Source: Gemmatimonadota bacterium
Lineage (GTDB): Bacteria; Gemmatimonadota; Gemmatimonadetes; Palauibacterales; Palauibacteraceae
Direction: 5' to 3'
NCBI GenBank assembly: GCA_965116475.1
Contig: OZ220691.1
Span: 800,001-864,000 of the forward strand
DNA length: 64,000 nucleotides
A model generated the notes under the pieces. That model saw only the letters and a list, made by a program, of their open reading frames with translations. It had not been told where the DNA came from and did not search any database. Shown in pieces: positions 39,022 to 51,035 of the stretch. Positions within the stretch are counted from its first letter, which is position 1; each line of letters opens with the position of its first letter. The translations under genes and the position numbers were made by a program.

Positions 39022-41154
39022 CTAGAACAGTCCCAGAGCCTGCAGCGCGCCGCTGACGACGGCGAGGGCCGACTCCACGGCCTCCGGCGCGGCGGCCATC
39101 CCGTGCACATCCACGAACCAGGGCGCGAGGACGAGCGAGACGACGCTCATCAGCTTCACGACGATGTTCATCGACGGCCCGGACGTGTCCTTGAAGGGAT
39201 CGCCCACCGTGTCGCCGACCACGGCCGCCTTGTGCGGCTCGGACCCCTTTCCGCCGTGGGCTCCGGTCTCGATGAACTTCTTGGCGTTGTCCCACGCGCC
39301 CCCGGAGTTCGCCATGAAGAGCGCGAGCAGCACGCCGCTCACGGTCGCGCCGGCCAGCGCGCCGCCGAGCGCCTCGACACCGAGGAAGCGGCCGACCATG
39401 ATGGGGACGATGATCGCCACCAGCCCCGGCACGATCATCTCCCGGAGCGCCGCCTTCGTGGAAATGTCCACGCAGCGCGCCGAATCCGGCTTCGCCGTCC
39501 CCTCCATGATGCCGGGGATCTCGCGGAACTGCCGACGGACTTCCGCCACCATGCCCGCCGCCGCCCGGCCCACCGCCGTCATCGTGAGCGCGGCGATGAA
39601 GAAGGGCGTCACGCCGCCGATGAAGAGGCCCATCACGACGAGCGGGTCGATGAGATTGATCCCGGTCTCGCGCAGACCCACGGCGTTCGCATAGGCGGAG
39701 AACAGAGCGAGCGCCGTGAGCGCGGCGGAGCCGACCGCGAATCCCTTCCCGATCGCCGCCGTCGTGTTGCCGAGCGAGTCGAGCGAATCCGTCACCGATC
39801 GGACCTCGGGGCCCAGCTCCGCCATCTCCGAGATGCCGCCCGCGTTGTCCGCCACCGGGCCGTACGCGTCCACGGACATCGTCACGCCGACCGTGGCCAG
39901 CATCCCCACCGCGGCGATCCCGATCCCGTACAGGCCCGCGAAGTTGAAGGCGAGGAAGATGGCGGCGGAGATCAGGAGCATGGGAATCAGCGTGGATTCC
40001 ATCCCGACGGCGAGCCCCGTGATGATGTTCGTCGCGGAGCCGGTCTCGGAGGCCGAGGCGATGCGCCGGATCGGCTTCTCCGCCGTGTAGTACTCCGTCA
40101 CGAGGCCGATGGCGATGCCGACGAGCGAACCGAACAGCATGGCCCAGAAGGGACCGGCGTTCGGGTGGATGAAGATCCACTTGCCCTGCGCCGCGGCATC
40201 GAAGATCTGGAGGTTCACCGTGATCGCGTACGCCGCGATCCAGAAGATCACGGCCCCGATGATCGGCGCCCAGCGGAGGGCCGCCGCGGGGCTCATGCGC
40301 TCGAGGGCGCGGATGGCGAGGACGCCGACCGCGCTCGCGAGGAAGCCGGCCATGATGTAGAGGATCGGCAGCGCCACGGCCTGGAGCCGCGCCCCGTCGA
40401 GGATCATCGCGCTCGTCACGCCGATGACGATCGTGGCGATGACCGAGCCGACGTACGACTCGAAGATGTCCGCCCCCATCCCCGCCACGTCGCCCACGTT
40501 GTCGCCCACGTTGTCGGCGATCGTCGCCGGGTTGCGCGGGTCGTCCTCCGGGATGCCGGCCTCGACCTTGCCCACCAGGTCCGCGCCGACGTCGGCCGCC
40601 TTCGTGTAGATGCCGCCGCCCACGCGCGCGAAGAGCGCGATCGACGACGCGCCCATCGCGAAGCCCGAGATGATCTCGCCGAAGGGGCGGAAGCCGGTCG
40701 CCTGGGGGTCGTAGATCACGATTACGGCGCCGATCCCGAGCAGGCCGAGCGCCGCCACCGCGATGCCCATCACGGCGCCGCCGGAGAAGGCGACCCGGAG
40801 CGCCTTGGCCTGGCCTTCCGCGCGCGCCGCCTCGGAGGTCCGGACGTTGGCCGCCGTCGCCGCCTTCATCCCGAAGAAGCCGGCCAGGATGGAGCAGGCC
40901 GCGCCCAGCGCGTAGGCCACCGCCGTGTGCGGGCCCACGAGCCAGAACAGGAGGGCCGCGACGACGATGATGAACGGCAGCAGCACCGTGTACTCGCGCC
41001 GCAGAAACGCCATCGCGCCCGAGTGAATCGCCTCCGACAGCTCGGCCATCTTCTCGTTTCCGACGGGCTGCGACTTCACGTACATGAAGAGCCCGAAGGA
41101 GAAAAAGAGCCCGATCACGCCGAGCCAGACCGCAAAATCGATGTTCCCGACCAC
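39022..41154 (-). CDS. hppA: Membrane-bound pyrophosphatase, K+-dependent type (probably Na+-translocating)
   Basis: [40 protein letters not shown] (Ala at K+-dependence site), [14 protein letters not shown]. Confidence 0.95.
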   Translation of the reverse strand: MVGNIDFAVWLGVIGLFFSFGLFMYVKSQPVGNEKMAELSEAIHSGAMAFLRREYTVLLPFIIVVAALLFWLVGPHTAVAYALGAACSILAGFFGMKAATAANVRTSEAARAEGQAKALRVAFSGGAVMGIAVAALGLLGIGAVIVIYDPQATGFRPFGEIISGFAMGASSIALFARVGGGIYTKAADVGADLVGKVEAGIPEDDPRNPATIADNVGDNVGDVAGMGADIFESYVGSVIATIVIGVTSAMILDGARLQAVALPILYIMAGFLASAVGVLAIRALERMSPAAALRWAPIIGAVIFWIAAYAITVNLQIFDAAAQGKWIFIHPNAGPFWAMLFGSLVGIAIGLVTEYYTAEKPIRRIASASETGSATNIITGLAVGMESTLIPMLLISAAIFLAFNFAGLYGIGIAAVGMLATVGVTMSVDAYGPVADNAGGISEMAELGPEVRSVTDSLDSLGNTTAAIGKGFAVGSAALTALALFSAYANAVGLRETGINLIDPLVVMGLFIGGVTPFFIAALTMTAVGRAAAGMVAEVRRQFREIPGIMEGTAKPDSARCVDISTKAALREMIVPGLVAIIVPIMVGRFLGVEALGGALAGATVSGVLLALFMANSGGAWDNAKKFIETGAHGGKGSEPHKAAVVGDTVGDPFKDTSGPSMNIVVKLMSVVSLVLAPWFVDVHGMAAAPEAVESALAVVSGALQALGLF

Positions 41155-41194
41155 GTTTCCCTGCTCCCTCTGCTATCCTTCGATCAGCGGGGCT

Positions 41195-41764
41195 TCACCC
41201 CGGACGGTTGAAGCGGTTCATTGCCGCTTCCGAGCCATGGTCCAGCCAGTACTCCACCGCTTCGGCGGCACGGGGGAAGGCGCCGAGCGCCTCCTCCTCC
41301 TCCGCTCGCGGCATCCGTGACAACACCCAGGCCGCCAGATCGATGCGCTCGTCCCGCGGCCGTCCGACGCCGAGCCTGAGGCGCCCGTAGTCGTCGGATC
41401 CGAGGCTCGCCGATATCGAGGCGAGCCCGTTGTGCCCGCCCGGCGACCCTCTCGCCCTCAGGCGAAAGCGACCCGGCGGCAGCGCGACATCGTCAACGAG
41501 GACGAGCATGTCGGCCGCCGGGTCGAACTGCCGGCAATCCAGCAGCGCCGCCAGCGCTTCGCCACTCAGATTCATGTACGTCCGCGGCTTGTGGATCTCG
41601 ACCCCGGGGCGCGCGGCCGCCGTCGTCCACGCGGTGAGCCCGTCCACGCGGAAGGCGTCTCCGCCCCACCGGCGCGCCAGGCGGTCGGCGAGCCACCAGC
41701 CGATGTTGTGCCGCGTGTCCCGATACTTTGCGCCGGGATTCCCCAGAGCCAGCAGCAGCCGCAC
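41195..41764 (-). CDS. pth: Peptidyl-tRNA hydrolase
   Basis: LGNPGAKYRDTRHNIG, KPRTYMNLSG, GGHNGL, RLRLGVG. Confidence 0.97.
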   Translation of the reverse strand: MRLLLALGNPGAKYRDTRHNIGWWLADRLARRWGGDAFRVDGLTAWTTAAARPGVEIHKPRTYMNLSGEALAALLDCRQFDPAADMLVLVDDVALPPGRFRLRARGSPGGHNGLASISASLGSDDYGRLRLGVGRPRDERIDLAAWVLSRMPRAEEEEALGAFPRAAEAVEYWLDHGSEAAMNRFNRPG

Positions 41765-41797
41765 GGTCCCCCGCGGATCGGTCCCCGGCCGTTCGGC

Positions 41798-42457
41798 TCA
41801 GCCCTCCTCCGCCTCGGCCTCCGGATCCTCGGCCTCGGCCTCGGCTTCGCCCTCTTCCGCCTCCTCCAGTTCTTCTTCCTCCTCCTCGACCTCCTCCGCG
41901 GCAGGCGGCACGACGGTGCAGATCGTCACCGCCTCGTCGTCGAGGACCTCGACCTCGCCCGTGTCCACATCCGAGACGTTAAGCGCGTCGCCGATCTCGA
42001 GCGCCGAGACATCGATGGTGAACTCGGACGGAATCTCGTTCGGCAGACACTCGACTTCGATTTCGTGCCGGAGCTGCTGAAGGATTCCGCCCACCTCCAC
42101 GCCGGCGGGCGTCTCGAGCAGGTGGAGCGGGACCGATACGCGGATCTTCACGTCCGCGCGGATCTCGAAGAAATCCACGTGCAGAAGCTGGGGTCGGTAC
42201 GGATGGCGCTGGATCTCGCGGATCAGGACCGGGCGCGGCTCGCCGCCGTCGACCTCGAGGTCGATCACCGTGGTGGCCGCGTGGATCCGGCTCAGCAGGC
42301 GCGAAAGCTCGTGCGTGTCCAGCGCCAGCGACTCGGTCTCGTCGCGGCGGCCATACACCACCGCGGGCAACTGGCCGCTCCGGCGAAGCTGTCTCGCCGC
42401 GCCTTTTCCGGAGGTGGTCCTCGCCCGCGCCGTCAATCTGGCGGATTCGTTCGTCAT
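41798..42457 (-). CDS. rplY: 50S ribosomal protein L25/Ctc
   Basis: GKGAARQLRR, PAVVYG, IQRHP, HVDF, C-terminal beta domain and acidic tail. Confidence 0.96.
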   Translation of the reverse strand: MTNESARLTARARTTSGKGAARQLRRSGQLPAVVYGRRDETESLALDTHELSRLLSRIHAATTVIDLEVDGGEPRPVLIREIQRHPYRPQLLHVDFFEIRADVKIRVSVPLHLLETPAGVEVGGILQQLRHEIEVECLPNEIPSEFTIDVSALEIGDALNVSDVDTGEVEVLDDEAVTICTVVPPAAEEVEEEEEELEEAEEGEAEAEAEDPEAEAEEG

Positions 42458-42466
42458 CTTTCTCTC

Positions 42467-43432
42467 TTACTTGAACAGTTTGCTCACAGAGGTGTTCGCG
42501 TGCGTGCTCTCGATGGCCTGCGCGAGAAGGCTCGCCACCGACAGCACGGTCAGGTTCGGCAGGGCCTCCTGCACGCCGGGAGCGAGCGGCACGGTGTCCG
42601 TCACCGTGATCTCCTTCACGTCGGCCGACGCGAGGCGCTCCACGGCCGGCCCCGAGATGAGCGGGTGCGTGGCGAGGACATAGATGTCCCGGGCGCCGCG
42701 CTCCTTCAACTCCCGGACGGCCGACACCATGGTCCCGGCCGTGTCGATCATGTCGTCGGGCACGATGCAGTGCTTCCCGTCGACTTCGCCCACGATGTTC
42801 GAGACCTCGGCCTCGTTCGGCGCCGGGCGCCGCTTGTCGATGATCGCGAGGTCCCCCCCCAGTCGTCGTGCGTAGCCGCGCGCCATCTTCGCCGCGCTCA
42901 CGTCCGTCGCGACGACGACCAGGTTGTCGAGCTTCTTCATCTCGTAGTAGCGCCGGAAGACGGGGGCCGCGTAGAGGTGATCCACGGGGATGTCGAAGAA
43001 GCCCTGGATCTGGTGCTGGTGGAAGTCGATCGAGAGCACCCGGTCCGCGCCGGCGGCCGTCATCAGGTTCGCGAGCAGCTTGGCCGCGATCGACACGCGG
43101 GGCTGGTCCTTCCGGTCCGAGCGCCCGTACCCGTAGTAGGGGACGACCGCCGTGACCCTCGCCGCCGAGGCGCGCTTCGCCGCGTCAATGAGGATGAGGA
43201 GCTCGAGCACGTTCTCCGCAGGCGGGTTCGTGGGCTGGATGAGGAACACGTCTCGCCCGCGCACGTTCTCGTCGATGCGCACGAAGATCTCGCCGTCGGC
43301 GAAGCGCTTGATCGTGACGTCGCACAGCCGCTCTCCGAGCACGTCGGCGATCCCCTGCCCGAGGGCGGGATTCGCCGTACCCGAAAGCAGCAGGATCGGA
43401 CTCGTATGGAACGAGAAGTCCGTGGTGTCCAT
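42467..43432 (-). CDS. prs: Ribose-phosphate pyrophosphokinase
   Basis: FADGE, PYYGYGRSDRK, QIQGFF, IIDKRR, DDMIDTAGT. Confidence 0.98.
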   Translation of the reverse strand: MDTTDFSFHTSPILLLSGTANPALGQGIADVLGERLCDVTIKRFADGEIFVRIDENVRGRDVFLIQPTNPPAENVLELLILIDAAKRASAARVTAVVPYYGYGRSDRKDQPRVSIAAKLLANLMTAAGADRVLSIDFHQHQIQGFFDIPVDHLYAAPVFRRYYEMKKLDNLVVVATDVSAAKMARGYARRLGGDLAIIDKRRPAPNEAEVSNIVGEVDGKHCIVPDDMIDTAGTMVSAVRELKERGARDIYVLATHPLISGPAVERLASADVKEITVTDTVPLAPGVQEALPNLTVLSVASLLAQAIESTHANTSVSKLFK

Positions 43433-43578
43433 GCGTGTCGACTGGCTCGCTGGTCTGGTTCCGGCGCTCGTCGCTCCGCGCCCGTGCCGCGCGCGGGGGC
43501 CCTGCCGGAATGGAAGAGAAACTGTGTGGGTCCCGAACCCATGTGCCGCGGGGCCGAACCCCGCGGCGACAGCCGCCC

Positions 43579-43604
43579 AGACTATCGATTCGCGCGGGTT
43601 TTTG

Positions 43605-43608
<4 letters not shown>
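43579..43608 (-). promoter_or_regulatory. Sigma70-type promoter for prs-rplY-pth
   Basis: TTGACA-18 nt-TAGTCT. Confidence 0.6.
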
Positions 43609-44657
<1,049 letters not shown>

Positions 44658-44705
44658 GCCTCGAACTCCAGTGTCGGTCGTGTAGCGATGTCTGTCGTCG
44701 GGAGG

Positions 44706-46844
44706 TCAGGCGAGTTGTTCCGTCATCTCCCGGATGTCGGTGGTCGGGCGTCGGCAGGCGAAGCCGGTGCAAACGTATGCCGTCGCCTTCCCGTCCAGCA
44801 GGTCGTGCGGCGCGGTGAAGGGCGCGATCTCCGCGAGCAGGTCGGCGGCGGGCCCGCCGGGCGCTTCGGACGGCGAGGCGGCCGGCTTGAAGAGGACGGC
44901 CGTACGGGGCGCGTAGCGGCCGGCGAGCGCGGCCAGCATGCGCCGCGTGCCGGGCTCGTCGGGGTCTCCCGTCACGACGACCTCATGCGCCGGCCCCAGC
45001 GCGAGATCGAGCGCGACGAGCGACATCGTGTGCGCGGAAGGGGCGCCGGCGACGGGGCCGGCGAGCGCCCCGCGCAGCGCCTCCGCCCGGTCCAGGAGCG
45101 CGTGGTCCCCCGTGAGCCGGCCGAGCCGGAGGAGCACGTACCACGTCGTCGCGTTGGCCGAGGGCGTGGCTCCGTCGTACAGCTCCTTCTGCCGGACGGG
45201 CACGTCGCGCTGCGCCGCGTCCACGTTGAACACGCCGAGCCGCTCAGCGTCCCAGAAGCCCTCCAGGAGGGCATCGAGCACCTCGCGCGCCGCCTGGAGC
45301 CACCGCGGGTCGAACGTCGCCCCGTACAGCTCGATCAACCCCCAGATGAAGCAGGCGTGGTCCGCCGCGCCCGCGGGGATGGCCGCGTCCCCATCCCGGT
45401 AGCGGTGGAGCAGCTGTCCCTCGCCGTCGCGCAGCCGCTCGAGGATGAAGTCCGCCGCCCGCGCCGCCGCCTCGACGAGCGCTTCGTCGCCGAACGCGAG
45501 GCCGCTCCGCGCCAGCGCCGCGATCATGAGCCCGTTCCAGTCCGTCAGGATCTTGTCGTCGAGCAGCGGCCTCTCCCGCGCGGCGCGACTTTCGAACAGG
45601 ACGCGGCGCGCCACCTCGAGTCGTTTCTCGGCGCGGGCGGCGTCCTCCCCGAGCGCGGCCGCGATTTCGGCGGGCGTTTCTCGCGCGTGCAGGATGTTCT
45701 CGCCGGTCCGGAGCCCCGACGCCTCGTCGGCGAAGTTGCCGCGCTCCTCGACCCGGAAGGCGCGCCGTGCAAGGGTGGCCGTGTCCTCTCCGAGCGCCTT
45801 CGTAAGCACCTCGTCGAACTCGTCCCGGGTCCACACGTAGAACGCCCCTTCACGCCCCTCGCTGTCCGCGTCCTCCGCAGAATAGAAGCCGCCCTCCGCG
45901 TCCGTGAGGTCGCGCGCGACATACTCGTAGATTTCGAGGGCCACCGTCCGGTGCGCGTCGTCCCCCGTCACCTGCCACAGTTCCGTGTACGCCATGGCGA
46001 GCAGCGCCTGGTCGTACAGCATCTTCTCGAAGTGGGGGACGAGCCAGCGGGCGTCCGTCGAGTAGCGGTGGAAGCCGTACCCGACGTGGTCGAACACGCC
46101 TCCCCGCCTCATGGAAACGAGCGTCTTCTCCACCATCTCCACCCCGAGCCGGTCGCCCGTGCGGTCGCTCCAGCGCAGGAGAAAGAGGAGTTGGTGCGGC
46201 GCGGGGAACTTCGGAGCCCGGGAGAATCCTCCCTGGTGGGGATCGAAACGGGCCCGCAGGTCGCTGAAGCCGCGGCGGAGCGTCTCCTCGTCGAGCGCGC
46301 CCTCCCCGGAACCCAGTCCGCGCACCTCGACCTCCCGGATGGCCGCGAGCGCCGAGGCTCCGGCCGCCTCGACATCCGCCCGCCGCTCCCGCCACAGCGC
46401 GGCGAGCCGAGGCAGCAGGTCCAGCATCCCCGCACGCCCGGCCACGCTCTCGCGCGGGAAATAGGTTCCGGCGAAGAAGGGCTGCTTGTCCGGCGTCATC
46501 ACGATCGTGAGCGGCCATCCCCCCTGCCCCGTCATGAGCTGGCACGCCGTCATGTAGACGCCATCGATGTCCGGCCGTTCCTCGCGGTCCACCTTGATCG
46601 GCACGAAGTCCCGATTGAGGAGGGCGGCCACGTCCGCGTCCTCGAAGGACTCGCGTTCCATCACGTGGCACCAGTGGCAGGTCGCGTACCCGATGGAGAG
46701 GAAGATCGGACGGTCCTCGGCCCGGGCGCGCGCGAAGGCTTCCTCCCCCCACGGAACCCAGTCCACGGGATTGAAGGCGTGCTGGAGAAGGTACGGACTC
46801 TTCTCCCGCGCAAGTCGGTTGGGGCGGGGGCCGGAATCAGGCAT
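44706..46844 (-). CDS. Thioredoxin-domain protein, YyaL/SSP411 family
   Basis: [67 protein letters not shown]. Confidence 0.95.
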   Translation of the reverse strand: MPDSGPRPNRLAREKSPYLLQHAFNPVDWVPWGEEAFARARAEDRPIFLSIGYATCHWCHVMERESFEDADVAALLNRDFVPIKVDREERPDIDGVYMTACQLMTGQGGWPLTIVMTPDKQPFFAGTYFPRESVAGRAGMLDLLPRLAALWRERRADVEAAGASALAAIREVEVRGLGSGEGALDEETLRRGFSDLRARFDPHQGGFSRAPKFPAPHQLLFLLRWSDRTGDRLGVEMVEKTLVSMRRGGVFDHVGYGFHRYSTDARWLVPHFEKMLYDQALLAMAYTELWQVTGDDAHRTVALEIYEYVARDLTDAEGGFYSAEDADSEGREGAFYVWTRDEFDEVLTKALGEDTATLARRAFRVEERGNFADEASGLRTGENILHARETPAEIAAALGEDAARAEKRLEVARRVLFESRAARERPLLDDKILTDWNGLMIAALARSGLAFGDEALVEAAARAADFILERLRDGEGQLLHRYRDGDAAIPAGAADHACFIWGLIELYGATFDPRWLQAAREVLDALLEGFWDAERLGVFNVDAAQRDVPVRQKELYDGATPSANATTWYVLLRLGRLTGDHALLDRAEALRGALAGPVAGAPSAHTMSLVALDLALGPAHEVVVTGDPDEPGTRRMLAALAGRYAPRTAVLFKPAASPSEAPGGPAADLLAEIAPFTAPHDLLDGKATAYVCTGFACRRPTTDIREMTEQLA

Positions 46845-46861
46845 GGAAATTAGGCATGAGA

Positions 46862-46932
46862 TTGGCCCCCCAGGGGTCGAACCTGGATCATCGGCTCCAA
46901 AGGCCGGTGTCTTGCCATTAGACGAGGGGCCA
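46862..46932 (-). tRNA. tRNA-Gln(UUG), CCA not encoded
   Basis: TGGCCCC acceptor stem, D-loop TAATGGCAA, anticodon loop CTTTGGA, T-arm CCAGGTTCGACCCCTGG; usual position after ispE. Confidence 0.96.
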
Positions 46933-47006
46933 GAGGCGCCGAAGATGGCGCGATCCGGCGAGCGGCGTCAAACCGCGCCAGCGCCTCGGATGGGCTTCCG
47001 AGGGCG

Positions 47007-47936
47007 TCAGACGGGGAGTGAGGCGTCCAGGATTCGGAGGCCGTCGGCGCGTTCGGGGGTGGCGAGCGTTCGGCGGGCGCGGGCGCGCCCCGCCTCGTCG
47101 CGGAAGATGGCGAACAGCGTCGAACCCGATCCCGTCATAGCGGCCAGGGCCGGATCGTACGACCGCAGCCGGTCGAGGAGTTCGGACAACTCGGGGTGCC
47201 GGGCGAGGACGGGCGCCTCGAGGTCGTTTCGGGCCAGCCGCTCGAGAGAGTCCCACTCCGCCAGCCGCGTCGCGCCCGGCAGGACGGAGGCGGCGCCGGC
47301 GTCCTCGTCCGTGCGGCCGAGCCAGTCGTAGGCCACGGGCGTGGAGACGTGGATCGGCGGGCAGATGAGGAGCGCCGGACGGGGCCGGGGCGGGCTAAGC
47401 GGGAGGAGCCGGCGGCCGCGCTCCCAGCCCAGCGCCATCGGCACGCCGAGGAGCGCGAAGGGCACGTCGCTGCCGATCTCGCCGGCGAGTTCCACGAGTT
47501 CGCGCGTCTCCAGCCGGGGCCAGCGGCCCGCGAGCAGGCGCAGCGTCGCGCCCGCATCCGCGCTCCCTCCGCCGAGCCCGCTCCCCATGGGGATTCGTTT
47601 CGTGAGGCGGATGTGGACGGCGGGCCGCGGCCGCCTGCCGAAGGCCCGCTCGAAGAACCGCTCCGCCGCCCGCCGGCACAGGTTGTCGGGACCCTCCGGC
47701 ACCCCTTTGGCGAGCGGTCCATCGACGGAGAGGGTGGCGCCCCCTCGCCGGCCGCGCGCGGGCGCGGGCGCGGAGAGGGAAACCGTGTCGGTCAGGCTCG
47801 TGCGGGCGAGCACCGTCTCGACGCCGTGGAAGCCCGTTTCGTCCCTCGCGAACACGCGCAGCCGGAGGTTGACCTTCGCGTGCGCTTCGGCCGTCCCGAT
47901 CTCGCCAGCGCCCGCCACCCCTCCTGCAGCCGTCAC
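47007..47936 (-). CDS. ispE: 4-(cytidine 5'-diphospho)-2-C-methyl-D-erythritol kinase
   Basis: AHAKVNLRL, KRIPMGSGLGGGSADAG, IGSDVPF, NDLE, MTGSGST; start set at GTG 47936 (GTGA overlap). Confidence 0.96.
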   Translation of the reverse strand: MTAAGGVAGAGEIGTAEAHAKVNLRLRVFARDETGFHGVETVLARTSLTDTVSLSAPAPARGRRGGATLSVDGPLAKGVPEGPDNLCRRAAERFFERAFGRRPRPAVHIRLTKRIPMGSGLGGGSADAGATLRLLAGRWPRLETRELVELAGEIGSDVPFALLGVPMALGWERGRRLLPLSPPRPRPALLICPPIHVSTPVAYDWLGRTDEDAGAASVLPGATRLAEWDSLERLARNDLEAPVLARHPELSELLDRLRSYDPALAAMTGSGSTLFAIFRDEAGRARARRTLATPERADGLRILDASLPV

Positions 47937-48952
47937 GCCGGGGGCTCCGGGGCCGGGGGCTCGCTCCGTCCGAGTTCGCGGCGGCTGATCCCGAGGCGTC
48001 GCATGTACAAGATCCCGAGCACCGTGATGGGCAGGAAGGTGAGGATGTGGTAGCCCGCGGCGAAGCTGATGATTCGCGCCGGCTCGATATGGTGCAGTTC
48101 GAGCGCGACGCGGGCCGCCGTCTCGAACGGTCCGAAGAACCCCGGCGTCGACGGGATCGCGACCGCGAAACTGATCGTCGTCTGGAGGACGAGCGCGCCG
48201 AGGAACCCGGGCCCGACGATGCCGAAGGCGAGGAACCCGAGATAGAACGAGGCCGCGTTCCAGGCCCAGACGGCGAACGACCACAGCATCGCGCGGGCGA
48301 AGACGTGCGCGTGGCGCAGCGCCCCGAGGCCGTCCACGAACGCGGAGAGCACCTCCACGATGCGGCCGGCGACGCGGTCGGGCGCGACCCGGTGGGACCA
48401 CTTGGCCGCCAGCCGGAGGAAGCGGTCCGGCGAGCGGACGAGGAGGGCGAGCGCAAGCAAGCTCGCGGAGACGAGGATGACCCCCAACGTGAACAGGTCC
48501 CGCAGCGTCCCGGAGGCGGCTTCGTCGACCCCGACGAGGAAGAAGGCGGGGACGAGGAACACCATGAGCACGATCGCGTCGAGCAGGCGCTCCACGACGA
48601 GCGAGGCCAGCGCGGCGGTCAGAGGCACGGGGGTGATCCGCGACAGCGAGTAGGCGCGGGCGAACTCTCCGAGTCGGCCGGGCAGGACGTTGTTCGCCAT
48701 GAAGCCGATGCACACGGCCGCGTAGCGCGAACCGAACGGCAGGCTTCCGTTCGAGGCGCGGAGCAGGATCTCCCACCGTATCGCGCGGAGGTTGAAGGTG
48801 AGCGTGGCCACGACCGTCGCGGCGATGAGCAGCCAGACGTTCGCCTCGCCGAGGTGTCTCAGGAGTTCGGCCGCCGATACGCCCCGCAGCGCCCAGACGA
48901 GGAGCGCGACGGAGAAAAGGACGCCGATGAGGACTGTGAGGCGGCCTCTCAC
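47933..48952 (-). CDS. Lysylphosphatidylglycerol-synthase TM-domain (flippase-like) membrane protein
   Basis: [37 protein letters not shown]; start set at GTG 48952. Confidence 0.9.
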   Translation of the reverse strand: MRGRLTVLIGVLFSVALLVWALRGVSAAELLRHLGEANVWLLIAATVVATLTFNLRAIRWEILLRASNGSLPFGSRYAAVCIGFMANNVLPGRLGEFARAYSLSRITPVPLTAALASLVVERLLDAIVLMVFLVPAFFLVGVDEAASGTLRDLFTLGVILVSASLLALALLVRSPDRFLRLAAKWSHRVAPDRVAGRIVEVLSAFVDGLGALRHAHVFARAMLWSFAVWAWNAASFYLGFLAFGIVGPGFLGALVLQTTISFAVAIPSTPGFFGPFETAARVALELHHIEPARIISFAAGYHILTFLPITVLGILYMRRLGISRRELGRSEPPAPEPPA

Positions 48953-49704
48953 CCGCGCGCCTCGCGCACGAGTTCCGACATCTCGAGTACCGCGCGCTCG
49001 ATCCCCACGAGCACGGAGCGGCTCACGATCGAGTGGCCGATGTTGAGCTCTTCGCACTCCGGGATCGCGGCCACCGGCTGGACGTTCTCGTAGGTGAGCC
49101 CGTGTCCGGCGTGCACGCCGAGGCCTGCGGCTGCCGCCCGGTCCGCCGCTTCCTCCAGCCGCCCGAGTTCGCGGTCGGCGCTCGCCCGGTCCGCCGCGTT
49201 GGCGTATTCGCCGGTGTGAAACTCGATCGCCGCCGCGCCCGCCTCGACCGAGGCGTCGACGGAGGCGGGATCGGGATCGATGAAGAGCGACGTGCGGATG
49301 CCGGCCTCCTGGAGCCGCGCCACGGCGGCGGCGATGCGCGCGGGATCCGCGGACAGGTCCAGCCCGCCTTCCGTCGTCAGTTCCTCCCTCTTCTCGGGGA
49401 CGAGCGTCGCCTGCGCCGGCCGCCAGCGTTCGGCGAGGGCAAGCACCTCTTCCTCGGCCGCGAGTTCGAGGTTGACGAAGGTGCGGACGGTCGCCAGCAG
49501 GAGTTCCACGTCGCGGTCCTGGATGTGGCGGCGGTCTTCGCGGAGATGCACGGTGATCCCGTTCGCGCCCCCGAGTTCGGCGAGCACGGCGGCCCGCACC
49601 GGGTCGGGTTCATCCGTGCCGCGCGCCTGACGGACGGTCGCCACGTGATCGATGTTCACGCAGAGCCGGCAGTCGACCAGGTGCGAGAAGCTGCTGTTCG
49701 CCAT
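48949..49704 (-). CDS. pdxJ: Pyridoxine 5'-phosphate synthase
   Basis: [45 protein letters not shown]. Confidence 0.98.
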   Translation of the reverse strand: MANSSFSHLVDCRLCVNIDHVATVRQARGTDEPDPVRAAVLAELGGANGITVHLREDRRHIQDRDVELLLATVRTFVNLELAAEEEVLALAERWRPAQATLVPEKREELTTEGGLDLSADPARIAAAVARLQEAGIRTSLFIDPDPASVDASVEAGAAAIEFHTGEYANAADRASADRELGRLEEAADRAAAAGLGVHAGHGLTYENVQPVAAIPECEELNIGHSIVSRSVLVGIERAVLEMSELVREARG

Positions 49705-49748
49705 GATGTGCTCCCGTTCCAGCCTCGACGGTTCACCGGTTCGCCGCG

Positions 49749-51035
49749 TCAGGCGGCGTCGGCTCGCTCCACGGCCAGGCCGCTCTCGCGCCAGCGGCCG
49801 GCCACCCCGGCGGGCACGCGGGCCACGATGACCACGCACCCGGCTTCGTACGCGCGCTCCAGCACCTCCCCCTCCCGGTACGCCTCGGCGAGTCGCGCGC
49901 CGTCGCTGGCGGGCAGGCTCACCCGCACTGTCTCGAGGCGGGCCCGCATCGCCGCCTGGAGCGCCTCGCGCAACGGCTGCAACCCGCCTCGCTCCACGAT
50001 CGAGGTCAGCACGTGCGGCCGGCCTTCCGCCGCCGCCCGCTCGCGGAGCGCCCGCTCCTCCTCGTGCGTGAGCCGGTCGATCTTGTTGAAGACCTCGACC
50101 ACCGGGCGGTCCGCCACGCCGGCCTCCGCCAGCACCCCCTCCACGGCCTCGCGCTGCGCGTCCCGGCTCGGCGATGAGGCGTCGATCACGTGCAGCAGGA
50201 GGTCGGCCTCGGCGAGTTCCTCCATCGTCGCGCGGAAGGATGCCACGAGATGATGCGGCAGCTTCCGGATGAACCCGACCGTGTCGGTGAGGAGGATCGG
50301 ACCCGGACCTTCGAGATCGCAAACCCGGGTCGCCGAGTCCACCGTAGCGAACAGCCGGTCCTCGACGAAAACATCCGAGCCCGAGAGCGCGCGCAGGATG
50401 GAGGACTTCCCCGCGTTCGTGTAGCCCGTGAGCGCCACGGTGAACTGCTCGCTCCGCGCCCGGCGCTGGGTGACCCGCGCCCGTGCGATGTGGTCGAGCT
50501 TGCCCCGCAGCCGGGCCAGACGCCGGTCGATGAGCCGGCGGTCGGTCTCGATCTGCTGCTCGCCGGGCCCGCGCGCGCCGATGCCCCCGCCCTCCCGCGA
50601 GAGGTGGGTCCACATCCGCTTCAACCGCGTCCGCATGTACTGAAGCTGGGCGAGTTCGACCTGGAGCTTCGCTTCCGCCGTCCGGGCCCGGAGCGCGAAG
50701 ATGTCGAGGATGAGCTCGGTCCGGTCCAGCGCCCGCACGCCGAGCGCCGCTTCGAGATTCGCCCCCTGCGCCGGCGTGAGTTCCTCGTCGAAGATGGCGA
50801 GCGTCGCGCCGTGCTCCCGGAGCGCCCGCCCCAGGCTTTCGACCTTCCCCTTGCCGATGAAGGTCGAGGCGTTCGGCCTGCGCAGCCGCTGCACGACCGC
50901 GCCCCGGACATCGGCGCCCGCCGTTCCCGCAAGGCGGGCGAGTTCCTCGAGGTGTTCGTCCACCGTCTCCTGGGGCATGTCCGTCGGCGGCGCCCCCACG
51001 AGCACCGCGCGCTCCGCCGCACCGTCCGACATCAC
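49749..51035 (-). CDS. hflX: Ribosome-splitting GTPase HflX
   Basis: [50 protein letters not shown]. Confidence 0.98.
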   Translation of the reverse strand: MMSDGAAERAVLVGAPPTDMPQETVDEHLEELARLAGTAGADVRGAVVQRLRRPNASTFIGKGKVESLGRALREHGATLAIFDEELTPAQGANLEAALGVRALDRTELILDIFALRARTAEAKLQVELAQLQYMRTRLKRMWTHLSREGGGIGARGPGEQQIETDRRLIDRRLARLRGKLDHIARARVTQRRARSEQFTVALTGYTNAGKSSILRALSGSDVFVEDRLFATVDSATRVCDLEGPGPILLTDTVGFIRKLPHHLVASFRATMEELAEADLLLHVIDASSPSRDAQREAVEGVLAEAGVADRPVVEVFNKIDRLTHEEERALRERAAAEGRPHVLTSIVERGGLQPLREALQAAMRARLETVRVSLPASDGARLAEAYREGEVLERAYEAGCVVIVARVPAGVAGRWRESGLAVERADAA

